From NCBI GenBank assembly GCA_964417675.1, contig CAYQJL010000018.1, positions 16,760-80,759 on the forward strand: a stretch of DNA of 64,000 nucleotides. The letters run 5' to 3'. Each line of letters opens with the position of its first letter. Positions within the stretch are counted from its first letter, which is position 1. Origin of the DNA: an uncultured bacterium (GTDB lineage Bacteria; Eisenbacteria; RBG-16-71-46; CAIMUX01; WJJG01). Of this stretch, positions 36,339 to 45,860 are shown one piece after another. The notes beneath the pieces were generated by a model that searched no databases, had not been told where the DNA came from, and saw only the letters and a program-made list of their open reading frames with translations. A program made the position numbers and the translations under genes.

Positions 36339-37898
36339 ATGGCAAAGATGGTCAAGAACGCCGTGGGACGTCTCGTACCGACCGAGGCCAACGGGAAGCA
36401 GCAAGTGCCCTTCCAGGGCGTGGGGCAGTACGATCCGCAGGGGCGCAAGGCGGCCCCTCCGCTGCGGGCCTGCCATCAATACGGACTCGACAAGCGCGTG
36501 CCCGATCTGAAGGCGGCCATCGAGAAGGTGGGGTTGCGCGACGGGATGACCGTCGGCATGCATCACCATATGCGCAACGGCGACATGGTGGCGGTGCCGT
36601 TCTTTGAGGCCGTTGCGGAGCTGGGCATCAAGGATATCGTCTTCATGCCCTCGGCCGCCTTCCCCTGCCACGAACCGCTGATCCAGCATCTCGAAAGCGG
36701 CGTCATCCATCACATCGAAGGATCGATGAACGGCCCGATCGGCAAGTTCGCCAGCGAGGGCCGCATGCGCGGCCTGGGCGTGCTGCGCTCGCACGGGGGC
36801 CGCTACCAGGCGATCCAGGATGGCGAGGTGCATGTCGATGTGGGGCTCATTCCGGCCCCGGCGGCCGACGTGCTGGGCAACGCCACCGGAGCCTACGGGC
36901 CTTCGGCGTGCGGCTCGCTGGGGTTCGCGCTCGCGGATTCCCAGTATGCGGACCAGGTCATAGTGGTGACCGATCATCTCGTCGAGGTCCCCTGCCTCCC
37001 GTGGGAGATCCAGGGCATGAACGTCGACGTGGTCGTCGAGATGGAGAAGATCGGCGACCCGAGCAAGATCGTATCGGGTACGACGCAGCTGACCAAGAGC
37101 CCGACCCGCCTGCTGATCGCCCAGTACGTGGCCGACTTCATCGAGGCGGCCGGCTACCTGGGCAAGCCGTTTCAGGCCGGCGCCGGCGGCATTTCGCTGG
37201 CCTCGCTGATCTTCATCGCCCAGCGGATGCGCGAGAAGGGCCTGCGAGCCCCCTTCGCCCGCGGCGGTTCGACCCAGGTGCTGGTCGATATGCTGAACGA
37301 GGGCTTGATCGGCGCGATCCTGGACGGTCAGACCTTCGACCTGGCCGGGGTCAAGTCGATCGGCGAGCATCCCCGTCACGTGCCCACCACGCCCTTCACG
37401 AGCTACAACTATCATGGCAAGGGCAACTGGGCACCCTACGTCTCGACCGCTGTCCTGGGAGCGACCGAGGTCGACATCAACTTCCAGGCCAACGTGGTAT
37501 CCCATTCCGATGGCTACCTGTTGCATGGGATCGGCGGATGGCAGAACACGCTGTTTGGGGAGTGCTCGATCCTGGCCTTCCCGCTCTTCCGGGGCCGCAT
37601 CCCGATCGTGATGAAGGAGGTCACGACTGTCTGCGCGCCGGGCGAGATGATCGGCGCCGTCATCACCGAGCGCGGCATCGCGGTCAATCCCAGGCACAAG
37701 AACGGCCCCGCGATCCTCGACCGACTCAAGGGCACGAAACTGCCCCTGACGACCATCGAGGAGCTCTACGAGATCGGCCAGCGGATGTGCGGCAGCCCGC
37801 AGCCGGCCGATATCGACCGCAACCATCCGATCGCCATCATCAAGTGGGTCGACGGCACGGTGATCGACACGGTGTATAAGGTGAACTATGCGCGATAG
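36339..37898 (+). CDS. citF: citrate lyase alpha subunit (citrate CoA-transferase)
   Basis: Full-length CitF-like sequence. Starts 3 bp after the citDE stop. Confidence 0.9.
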   Translation: MAKMVKNAVGRLVPTEANGKQQVPFQGVGQYDPQGRKAAPPLRACHQYGLDKRVPDLKAAIEKVGLRDGMTVGMHHHMRNGDMVAVPFFEAVAELGIKDIVFMPSAAFPCHEPLIQHLESGVIHHIEGSMNGPIGKFASEGRMRGLGVLRSHGGRYQAIQDGEVHVDVGLIPAPAADVLGNATGAYGPSACGSLGFALADSQYADQVIVVTDHLVEVPCLPWEIQGMNVDVVVEMEKIGDPSKIVSGTTQLTKSPTRLLIAQYVADFIEAAGYLGKPFQAGAGGISLASLIFIAQRMREKGLRAPFARGGSTQVLVDMLNEGLIGAILDGQTFDLAGVKSIGEHPRHVPTTPFTSYNYHGKGNWAPYVSTAVLGATEVDINFQANVVSHSDGYLLHGIGGWQNTLFGECSILAFPLFRGRIPIVMKEVTTVCAPGEMIGAVITERGIAVNPRHKNGPAILDRLKGTKLPLTTIEELYEIGQRMCGSPQPADIDRNHPIAIIKWVDGTVIDTVYKVNYAR

Positions 37899-37975
37899 GA
37901 TGCTCCGGGCGCGCTGAGCCCCGCGAGCGCGGCAACGGCCCGAGCGGAGCACCCTCACAAAGGGAGAACCATCCC

Positions 37976-39115
37976 GTGCCACGGTTCGAACGATTCTGTT
38001 CCATGGTGGCTGACTGCCAGGCGGCGAGCAAGCCCTGGCAACGGGCCTTGGAGCGGGGCAGGCCGGGCCGAGACCTGCCGGGCCGAGACCTGCCGGGTCC
38101 GGGCAGCAGACAGGCTCGATCCCTTGACATCAGTATCCTGGGTGCAGGCTTCGCGCGCGCCGGCATCCTGGGTGCAGGCTTCGCCCGCGCCGGCATCCTG
38201 GGCGCGTGTCTGCTGGGTGCCTGTCTCGTGGGCGGGTGCGACCCCGATCAAGCCTCGGAGACGCCGCTCTCCTATGCAGACGAGATCGAAGCGTGGCACG
38301 CCGACCGGGTGGAGGCGTTGCGCTCCCCCACGGGATGGCTCTCCCTGATCGGGCTTCACCCGCTCGAGGCCGGCGCGCGGCGGGTTGGATCCGGTCCCCG
38401 GGCTGACATTCGACTGCCCGACCCTGCACCGGCGGAAGTGGGCATGTTCACCGTCGGCAAGGATCGGATCGCTTTCGCCGCCCATCCCTCCGCCAGGGTC
38501 GTGCTGTACGCCACCGACGACCTGGGCCGGGAAGCGACCCTTCCAACGCGTGGACTCCCCATCGTCACGGATGCGGGCGGCGACCCCACCGTTCTGGGTG
38601 TCGGTACCTTGCGCTTCCATGTCATCGAACGCGGCCGGGACCGGTTCGTGCGGGTCAAGGATACGGCCAGCAAACGGCTGGAGCAATTCGACGGCATCGA
38701 GCGCTTCCCCGTCGATGAGTCCTGGCGGATCCAGGCCCGGTTGGTTCCCGCCGCAGGCGGTCAAACCGTGTCGATCACCAATTCGGTGGGACAGATCCAC
38801 GAGTCCCCGACCCCTGGCCATCTGGAGTTCGAGGCGGCCGGCACCGCTTGCCGCCTGACGCCCACCGGATCCCCGGGCGAGGCCCTGTTCATCGCCTTTG
38901 GCGACGCCAGCAACGGCGACGAAACCTACGGCGGCGGGCGTTTTCTGTCCGCGGCGGCACCCGATTCGAGTGGCGTGGTGCTTCTCGATTTCAATCGCGC
39001 CACCAATCCACCCTGTGTCTTCACGCCCTTCGCCACCTGCCCCCTGCCGCCGGCCGAGAACGTGCTACCGATCGCCGTCCGGGCCGGTGAGAAAACCTGG
39101 GCAGCCGGGCACTAG
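37976..39115 (+). CDS. DUF1684-family lipoprotein
   Basis: Lipobox LVGGC. C-terminal GEALFIAFGDASNGDETYGGGRFL...DFNRATNPPCVFTPFATCPLPPAEN is typical of DUF1684. Start uncertain; an N-terminal 30-bp duplication encodes ILGAGFARAG twice. Confidence 0.62.
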   Translation: MPRFERFCSMVADCQAASKPWQRALERGRPGRDLPGRDLPGPGSRQARSLDISILGAGFARAGILGAGFARAGILGACLLGACLVGGCDPDQASETPLSYADEIEAWHADRVEALRSPTGWLSLIGLHPLEAGARRVGSGPRADIRLPDPAPAEVGMFTVGKDRIAFAAHPSARVVLYATDDLGREATLPTRGLPIVTDAGGDPTVLGVGTLRFHVIERGRDRFVRVKDTASKRLEQFDGIERFPVDESWRIQARLVPAAGGQTVSITNSVGQIHESPTPGHLEFEAAGTACRLTPTGSPGEALFIAFGDASNGDETYGGGRFLSAAAPDSSGVVLLDFNRATNPPCVFTPFATCPLPPAENVLPIAVRAGEKTWAAGH

Positions 39116-39172
39116 GACGGGCACTAGGACGGGCACGAGGACGGGCACGAGGACGGGCACGAGGACCCGCCC
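39108..39172. repeat. tandem 12-bp repeat (GGGCACGAGGAC, about 5 copies) at and just after the DUF1684 stop
   Basis: ggcactaggacgggcactaggacgggcacgaggacgggcacgaggacgggcacgaggac. Confidence 0.85.
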
Positions 39173-39574
39173 GGCCACGAGGCACAGGGCTCGCCCAGCG
39201 ATCCCCAGGCCATACACGGTCTGCATGAAACAATATTGCAACGATCGTGCCCCGGGGCACGCCGCTAAATCATTTCCAATCAGTACGATAGCTACTGACA
39301 CCTTGCCAAGATGTCTCTCGTCTAGGCGAAGCAATTGCCACGTGGTCGGAGATTGCGGATCGAGTGCCGCCGTTGCCGTAGGCTCGGCTCGGCGGCTACA
39401 CTCCCCACAAATCTCGACGAATCCCCACGCATTCTGGCCGATCCTCATATGCTTCCTGTAGGCGCCGGTGAGTCCCCCTGGAAACTCATCACGTGCCGTC
39501 TCATGATCCTCATTGGCTGACGTCACACGCCCCCCCTTTCTTGTGTGCTCGCCCACTTCGAAAGGGGGCCGATC

Positions 39575-40312
39575 GTGCGCAACTTCCCGGTGTGGAGCCT
39601 GACCCTACTTCTCTGTTCCTGCATGGTGAGCCCCGAGGAGACCGGCATTACGCCTTCCGCGACCCCAGCCAGTGCCATCGACGCGGACAGCTCCACTCCA
39701 CCCACCGGACCCACGGGCGCCATTGGCACCAATAGCTCCACTCCACCCACCGGGCCCACGGGCGCCGTCGACACCACCCGAACCACGAACACGGTCAGCA
39801 CCCCTGGCTTCATCCCCCCTGCAGAAGGGGGGATGTCTCAAGAGGACCGGGATCCCACCGGATGGGTGATCGTGCCGGACAGCGAGGGGCCCCATGCACC
39901 AGAGCTCTACCCCCGGGAGACCTTCTCGTTGACCTACGTCGGAAGCGAGGGCGAGATCCAGGAGCTGGCGTTTCGGTGTTATGAGCGCCTGGCCTCACCG
40001 GGAATCTGCATCACGGCACACTGTGCCTACAACGGCCAGTCGGCCCTCTCCTGGGCCCGCTGGTGCGGCGCCGGGGAGACGGCGCTCCATACTCGCCCCG
40101 ACATCGTGGCGGCGGTGTTCGAGGCGCCACCGGTGCCGGTGTCCGCGCCGGCGGATCAGGGGCGGGGCGTGGTTTTGACCCCCAATCCCTACTGGCACGC
40201 CGATCTGATCCCGCCGGTCGTCTGCTTCACCGGCCATGGGATCAAGGAAACCGGCACCGGCTGGGTCATGGTCTTTGGCGCCGAACCGGCGGCCGATCCA
40301 AACCACAACTAG
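39575..40312 (+). CDS. Cys-rich lipoprotein with Ser/Thr/Pro-rich repeat linker, unknown function
   Basis: GTG start 7 nt after an AAGGGGG RBS. Lipobox LLLCSC. Duplicated SSTPPTGPTGA. C-terminal C...C...C...C...C domain. Confidence 0.55.
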   Translation: MRNFPVWSLTLLLCSCMVSPEETGITPSATPASAIDADSSTPPTGPTGAIGTNSSTPPTGPTGAVDTTRTTNTVSTPGFIPPAEGGMSQEDRDPTGWVIVPDSEGPHAPELYPRETFSLTYVGSEGEIQELAFRCYERLASPGICITAHCAYNGQSALSWARWCGAGETALHTRPDIVAAVFEAPPVPVSAPADQGRGVVLTPNPYWHADLIPPVVCFTGHGIKETGTGWVMVFGAEPAADPNHN

Positions 40313-40359
40313 ATCCCGCCAATCCGAGCCATCGGTTGGGGTCACAGTTCCGCGAATTC

Positions 40360-40396
40360 CCCTTGACATATAACAATATATTGATATCTTTATTTC
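40360..40396 (+). promoter_or_regulatory. AT-rich promoter with palindromic operator (CAATATATTG core) upstream of the sahR-ahcY operon
   Basis: cttgacatataacaatatattgatatctttatttc: TTGACA -35, and a 10-bp perfect palindrome overlapping the -10 region. Sharp AT island in a 69% GC genome. Confidence 0.5.
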
Positions 40397-41356
40397 ATGG
40401 TCGATGGTTTGCTTGACAGACTCAAGGCTCTGGCAGACCCGTTGCGCCTGAGAATAGTGGGAGTTCTTCTACAGCAAGAACTTGCAGTGACGGAACTGGC
40501 CGAGGTGCTCCAGATTTCCCAGCCGCGGGTCTCCCATCACCTCAAGGCGCTCAAGGACGCCGGGCTGATCTCGGTCCGCCGCGAGGGCAGCTGGACCTTC
40601 TGCTCGATGGTCTGCGATGATGGGGCGGCCGGAAGGCTGCTCTCGGCTTTGGAGCCCCAGGCCGGGGGGTTCGCTCCGGAACCGGAGGATCTCGGGCGTC
40701 TGGGCCAGGTCATCGCGCAGCGTCGACAACGGTCGAAGGCCTACTTCGAATCGGTGGCCGGTGCCTGGTCGCAGTATCAGGCGCGTTTCGCGGGCAACGG
40801 GCTACGCCATCAGGCGATGTCCTATTTGCTGCCCGAGGATCTGGTCGTGGCCGATATTGGATGTGGCAATGGGTTCATGGCCCAGGCCTTGTCGACCCGG
40901 GCCCGACGGGTCATCCTGATCGACCACTCACCGGCCATGTTGGATCAAGCGCGTGTGCAGCTCGGCGAGGTCAGGGACGTCGATCTCGATTTTCGCGTCG
41001 GTGAGATGGATCACCTCCCCCTCGCGGACGGGGAGGTGGATGCGGCCTTCGCAAACCTGGTTCTGCATCACGTTCCGGATCTGGCAATGACGCTGCGCGA
41101 GATGCGCCGGATCATCCGGCCCGAGGGCCAGTTGATCATTTCGGATTTGATGCCGCACAATCTGGAGTCGCTCCGCGAGGAGGAGGCGGATCTGCGCCTG
41201 GGCTTGCGGCCCGAGGAGTTGTCCGCCCGGCTCGAGCGCGCCGGCTTCGAGTGCGTGCGGCATGAACATGGTACCGACGCCCTGCGGGTCACCACCCGAG
41301 AGGGAGAGGAGAGCCTCCTCCCGCTGTTTGTGATGTGCGCTTGCCGGCGGCGTTGA
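40397..41356 (+). CDS. sahR: ArsR-family transcriptional regulator fused to a SAM-methyltransferase-like effector domain (SahR-type, SAH-responsive)
   Basis: ArsR HTH ([43 protein letters not shown]). MTase motif [13 protein letters not shown]. Immediately upstream of ahcY, as in described SahR regulons. Confidence 0.72.
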   Translation: MVDGLLDRLKALADPLRLRIVGVLLQQELAVTELAEVLQISQPRVSHHLKALKDAGLISVRREGSWTFCSMVCDDGAAGRLLSALEPQAGGFAPEPEDLGRLGQVIAQRRQRSKAYFESVAGAWSQYQARFAGNGLRHQAMSYLLPEDLVVADIGCGNGFMAQALSTRARRVILIDHSPAMLDQARVQLGEVRDVDLDFRVGEMDHLPLADGEVDAAFANLVLHHVPDLAMTLREMRRIIRPEGQLIISDLMPHNLESLREEEADLRLGLRPEELSARLERAGFECVRHEHGTDALRVTTREGEESLLPLFVMCACRRR

Positions 41357-41439
41357 ACGATGGCAAAGATGGCCCCTCCGTGGGGCCGCAGCGAGCGGCC
41401 GAAAAGGGCGCCCAACCTGAACACAAGAACGAGGGAATC

Positions 41440-42876
41440 ATGGCTGAACGAACGCTTACCCACACGCTCCCCCACAAGGTCAAGGATCTTGGCTTGGCCG
41501 ACTGGGGCCGGAAGGAAATCGAGCTGGCCGAGGCCGAGATGCCCGGCCTGATGGCCGTGCGGGCCAAGTATGGCCCCGAGAAGCCCCTGGCCGGCCAACG
41601 GGTCACCGGGTCGCTCCACATGACGATCCAGACCGCCGTGCTGATCGAGACACTGATCGAGCTCGGCGCCGAGGTGCGCTGGGCCAGCTGCAACATCTTC
41701 TCGACCCAGGATCATGCCGCGGCGAGCATCGCCTGCCAAGGCCAGGCGGCCGTCTTCGCCTGGAAGGGTGAGTCGCTGGCCGAGTACTGGTGGTGCACCT
41801 ACCAGGCCCTCTCGTTTCCGGACGAACAGGGCCCGACCCTCATCGTCGATGACGGCGGCGACGCCACCCTCATGCTTCACTGGGGCTATGAGATCGAGCA
41901 ACACCACAAGAAGCACGGCACCTATCCGGAGTGGGACCTCGAAGGCGAGGACGCGCTGGAGCTCTTCAAGATCCTGACCGAGATCCACGCCGAGGATCCC
42001 GGGCACTGGACCCGTCTGATCCCGCACATCCTGGGTGTCTCCGAGGAAACCACCACCGGCGTGCACCGGCTCTATCAGCGTATGGAAGAAGGCAGCCTGC
42101 TCTTCCCCGCCTACAACGTCAACGATTCGGTCACCAAGTCGAAGTTCGACAACCTCTACGGCTGCCGCGAGTCGCTGGCCGACGGCATCAAGCGCGCCAC
42201 CGACATCATGGTGGCCGGCAAGGTGGTCGTCGTGTGTGGGTACGGTGATGTGGGCAAGGGTTGCGCGCAGTCGATGCGCGGATTCGGGGCGCGGGTTCTG
42301 ATCACCGAAATCGACCCGATATGCGCCCTGCAGGCGGCCATGGAGGGTTACGAGGTAGTCACGCTCGAGGACGCCCTGCCCGAGGGCGACATCTACGTCT
42401 CGGCCACCGGAAACTGCGAGGTCATCACCGCCGAGCACATGTCGCGCATGAAGGATCGCGCGATCGTTTGCAACATCGGGCACTTCGACAACGAGATCCA
42501 AGTGACCCAGATGCAGGCCTGGCCCGGCATCCGCCATCGAAACATCAAACCCGAGGTCGACGAGTATACCTTCCCGAGCGGATCCAGTATCATCCTGCTC
42601 GCGCAGGGCCGGCTGGTGAACCTCGGATGCGCCACGGGCCACGCCTCGTTTGTCATGAGCAGCTCCTTCACCAATCAATGCCTGGCCCAGATGGCACTGG
42701 CCAAGGACCGCCCGGCCATCGGCGTCTACACGCTCCCGAAGCATCTGGATGAGGAGGTTGCCCGTCTGCACATCGGACAGCTCGGCGTCAAACTGACACA
42801 GCTGACGGCCAAACAGGCCAGATACATCGGCGTTCCGATCGAGGGTCCGTACAAGCCGGAGTACTATCGGTATTAG
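41440..42876 (+). CDS. ahcY: adenosylhomocysteinase
   Basis: Full-length AhcY pattern ([28 protein letters not shown]-binding [17 protein letters not shown]-terminal PYKPEYYRY). Confidence 0.95.
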   Translation: MAERTLTHTLPHKVKDLGLADWGRKEIELAEAEMPGLMAVRAKYGPEKPLAGQRVTGSLHMTIQTAVLIETLIELGAEVRWASCNIFSTQDHAAASIACQGQAAVFAWKGESLAEYWWCTYQALSFPDEQGPTLIVDDGGDATLMLHWGYEIEQHHKKHGTYPEWDLEGEDALELFKILTEIHAEDPGHWTRLIPHILGVSEETTTGVHRLYQRMEEGSLLFPAYNVNDSVTKSKFDNLYGCRESLADGIKRATDIMVAGKVVVVCGYGDVGKGCAQSMRGFGARVLITEIDPICALQAAMEGYEVVTLEDALPEGDIYVSATGNCEVITAEHMSRMKDRAIVCNIGHFDNEIQVTQMQAWPGIRHRNIKPEVDEYTFPSGSSIILLAQGRLVNLGCATGHASFVMSSSFTNQCLAQMALAKDRPAIGVYTLPKHLDEEVARLHIGQLGVKLTQLTAKQARYIGVPIEGPYKPEYYRY

Positions 42877-42882
42877 TCGGCC

Positions 42883-42965
42883 CTGTGCCGGCAGCGCGCG
42901 GGCTCCGTGCCGAGAGCGCGTGGGCCCTGTGCCGGCAGCGCGCGGGCTCCGTGCCGAGAGCGCAT
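42883..42965. repeat. direct duplication (2 x ~41 bp) immediately after the ahcY stop, GC-rich with hairpin potential
   Basis: ccctgtgccggcagcgcgcgggctccgtgccgagagcgc repeated twice. A possible terminator-like element. Confidence 0.7.
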
Positions 42966-43025
42966 CGGAATCGGACGGCCGTCCACCCGAATCGTATGGG
43001 GACCGGTCCGGGTGGACGAGGCGGT

Positions 43026-44360
43026 TCAGGCGCCGTAGCGCAGAAAGCGCGCACCCAGCAGGGTGAAGACCGTCGAGAAGAGCAGCAGAACCAAGCAGGG
43101 CACCACGACGGCCTCGATGCCCGCTCCGAAAGAGATGAGGGCGTGAAAGCCATCCATGGCCCATGCGGCCGGGGAGATGTGCCCGGCGGTGCGCATCCAG
43201 GACGGAACCACCTCCAGCGGCCACCAACAGCCGCCGACGGCACCCATGAAGAGCGAGGCCACCAGGGCAATGACCGTAGCTTGATCCGCGCTCCGCAGGA
43301 CCGCGCCCCAGAAGAGCGCCAACGAGGCAACCGTGAGAGCCAGGCACAGGATCACCAAGGCCAGGCCGAGCGGGCTGTTGCCCAGGTAGACGCCCAGAAG
43401 AAACCGGCCGGCCAGCAGCAAGATCACGGCCTGCCCCAGGGCCAGCAGCGTTCGGCCCAGGAGCTTCCCCACCAAGATGCCGCTCCGGGAGACCGCGTAG
43501 GTCGCGATGCGCGGCAGGATCCGATCCGCTTTCTCCTGGGTCAGGAACACCGCTCCATAGATAGCGGTGTTGACCATCATGAAGAGGGTGAGCGTGGCCG
43601 GGAAGCTCTGGCGCGTGCCGGAGGGAACCGGCCGCCCCCGGCCGGCCGTCTCGCTCTTGACCGCAACCCGGCTCGATTCGGCCGCCACCGAGGCATAGGC
43701 CGTCGCAAAGGCCTCATCGAAGAGCAGAGCCGGACCCTCGGATTCCTGCGACCGGAACAAGCTGCGCAGAAGCGATTCGATCGCCGCTGCCGGTGAGGTC
43801 TCAGCCGGCGCCACCCGCATCCCGGCCGGTGGACCCTGCGCCGCCCCCATCGCGCCACCCGGGCCTGGGATGGCCCGCGTCTCGTTGCGATGACTCTGCG
43901 CCTCGGCCAGATGCGCGATCATGCGAATGATCGCCCGCTGCAGATGCATCTCGGCGGCCAGCGAGGCTTCATCGCTGCTGTCGGGGCTCTTGTGCAGGCG
44001 CAGCGTGATACCGGCGCCGGTCGCCACGCTGTCCTGGAATCCGGCGGGGATGTGCAGGCTGCGCGGGAAGGTGGCGATCGTGTCGGGCTCGATGCTGAGC
44101 ATCCGCCGGACCACGAACCCCTCCTGTCCCAGGGACTGCGTGAAGGCCTCCGAAAGAAAGGTCTGATCCTCGTCGACCACCAGCAGATTGATCGTCACGC
44201 CCCTGCCGCCGCCGGAGCTCATCGCGCCGAAGGCGTAGATGAAGACCACCGGCATGACGATCATCCAGAAGACCACCGGCCGGTCCTTGATCGTCTGCCG
44301 AAGGTCCGTCAGGGCGATGGCGAACACACGGTGCAACACAGCGAATCCTCCCCTTCGCAC
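43026..44360 (-). CDS. ABC-2 family transporter permease
   Basis: N-terminal TM, large extracytoplasmic loop, C-terminal 5-TM ABC-2 bundle. Confidence 0.82.
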   Translation of the reverse strand: MRRGGFAVLHRVFAIALTDLRQTIKDRPVVFWMIVMPVVFIYAFGAMSSGGGRGVTINLLVVDEDQTFLSEAFTQSLGQEGFVVRRMLSIEPDTIATFPRSLHIPAGFQDSVATGAGITLRLHKSPDSSDEASLAAEMHLQRAIIRMIAHLAEAQSHRNETRAIPGPGGAMGAAQGPPAGMRVAPAETSPAAAIESLLRSLFRSQESEGPALLFDEAFATAYASVAAESSRVAVKSETAGRGRPVPSGTRQSFPATLTLFMMVNTAIYGAVFLTQEKADRILPRIATYAVSRSGILVGKLLGRTLLALGQAVILLLAGRFLLGVYLGNSPLGLALVILCLALTVASLALFWGAVLRSADQATVIALVASLFMGAVGGCWWPLEVVPSWMRTAGHISPAAWAMDGFHALISFGAGIEAVVVPCLVLLLFSTVFTLLGARFLRYGA

Positions 44361-44363
44361 CTT

Positions 44364-45821
44364 CTAGGCGCCCTGCATCATGCGGCGCTGCAGCAGCCAA
44401 CTCCCGATCGCGGCCGACACGATTGCCGTTGCGCCCAAAATGAGGAGGGGCGTGGCGATCGCACTGACGCCTCCCTCGGTGAAGAGCAGCGTTTGGAAGC
44501 CCTTCAGTGACCAGTAGTTCACGGTCAGCGGCGCGATACTCTGCAGAAACCGCGGCAGCAAGTTGAGCGGAATCCAGGATCCTCCCAGGAAGGCCATCAC
44601 CATCACGAGGATCGAGGCGAAGGTCGCGCCCTGCTGCTCGGATCGGGCCACCCCATAGACCAGAGAAAAGATTCCGGTGGTCGCCGCCAGTAGCAGCACA
44701 CTCAGCAATGTGAAGGCCAGCAGGTCGGCCCGCGCCTTGAGCAACAGGCCGCCAATCAACGCCATTGCGGCCGTGACCAGCAGCCCCGTCAGAACCGTGG
44801 AGAGCATCTTGCCCCAGATGATGCTGGCGCTGCGCACCGGAAAGGTCATCTGGCGGGCCAGTGTGCCCATCGCCTTCTCGCGGGGAATGTCCGCCATGAA
44901 CCCGAGGGCCAGAATGGCCAGCGCGAAGGTCGCCATGCCCGGCAGCACTACCTTGAAGACGAGATAGAAGCCGGCGTTGGCATCGTCGTCTTCGTCCTCG
45001 TCTTCGTCCTCGTCTCCATCTCCCGGGGTCTGGGCTCCCGCATCCACCCCCGCCTGGCCGGGCGGGAGCAGGGGATCCTTGGTGGAGGCCAGCTGAATGA
45101 CCGGCGGGAAGACCAACCCATCGATCGAACGCAGACTGTGGTTGACGGCGACGGCGATCTGGGCCACGCGGGCATCGCTGGCAAACGCCTGCCAGGCCCG
45201 GCCCTCACCTTCGCCCGCGCCGCCCCCCGCGCTCGCGCCGCCCCCCGCGCTCGCGCCGTCTTCCGCGCTCGCGCCGTCTTCCGCACTCGCGATGAGTTCG
45301 TCCTGCGTCTCGCGCAGGATCTCGAGCGGGTGGCTGAGAACACTCACGGCGCCGTCGAGGAGTTCAGCGATCATGCGCGCCATCTCCTCCACGGCCATCG
45401 GGGCGATCGAACCGGCGGGGTTCTTGATCACGTGCAGCTCGGTGGGCCGACCCTCGAGAAGGTCGCGGCTGAATCCGGCCGGAATCACCAGAGCGCCGCC
45501 CACCTTGTCCTCGCGCAGGAGCCGGGCGGCTTGCGCCGAATCGGCCTCCACCGACTCGAAGTAGCGGCCGACCTGCTCCTGGTTGAACGCTCCCGCGATG
45601 AAGCCGCCGACCAAACCGCCATCCTCATTGACAAGGGCCACCTTGAACTTGGGCATGCCGCCGCCTCCGGCCATCCCACCGAAGGCCAGGGCCATGAGCC
45701 CCGAGAAGAGGAAGGGGAAGCACAGGTACACGATCGCCGCCAGAGGCGACCGCAGGCGCCGCAATAGGTCGTTGCGGGCAATGATCCATACAGCGCGCAT
45801 GAAAGGTCTCCACCGGCTCAA
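44364..45821 (-). CDS. ABC-2 family transporter permease with acidic low-complexity insert
   Basis: Same architecture. Insert AEDGASAEDGASAGGGASAGGGAGEGEG and DGDEDEDEDEDDD, from 18-bp DNA repeats at about 45190-45290. Confidence 0.82.
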   Translation of the reverse strand: MSRWRPFMRAVWIIARNDLLRRLRSPLAAIVYLCFPFLFSGLMALAFGGMAGGGGMPKFKVALVNEDGGLVGGFIAGAFNQEQVGRYFESVEADSAQAARLLREDKVGGALVIPAGFSRDLLEGRPTELHVIKNPAGSIAPMAVEEMARMIAELLDGAVSVLSHPLEILRETQDELIASAEDGASAEDGASAGGGASAGGGAGEGEGRAWQAFASDARVAQIAVAVNHSLRSIDGLVFPPVIQLASTKDPLLPPGQAGVDAGAQTPGDGDEDEDEDEDDDANAGFYLVFKVVLPGMATFALAILALGFMADIPREKAMGTLARQMTFPVRSASIIWGKMLSTVLTGLLVTAAMALIGGLLLKARADLLAFTLLSVLLLAATTGIFSLVYGVARSEQQGATFASILVMVMAFLGGSWIPLNLLPRFLQSIAPLTVNYWSLKGFQTLLFTEGGVSAIATPLLILGATAIVSAAIGSWLLQRRMMQGA

Positions 45822-45860
45822 CGCCGCGGACGGACAGAGGAACCCACAGGCCCCCGGCCA

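Noticed and set aside
39173-39545. tmRNA / 6S / RNase P RNA in the low-GC island
   Set aside because: No tRNA-like 3' end (..UCCACCA), no tag-peptide reading frame with resume codon, and no recognisable conserved boxes. The size coincidence alone is insufficient.
41357-41439. SAH riboswitch between sahR and ahcY
   Set aside because: The short spacer shows a hairpin but none of the conserved SAH-element sequence or pseudoknot features. Regulation is more simply explained by the SahR-type repressor.
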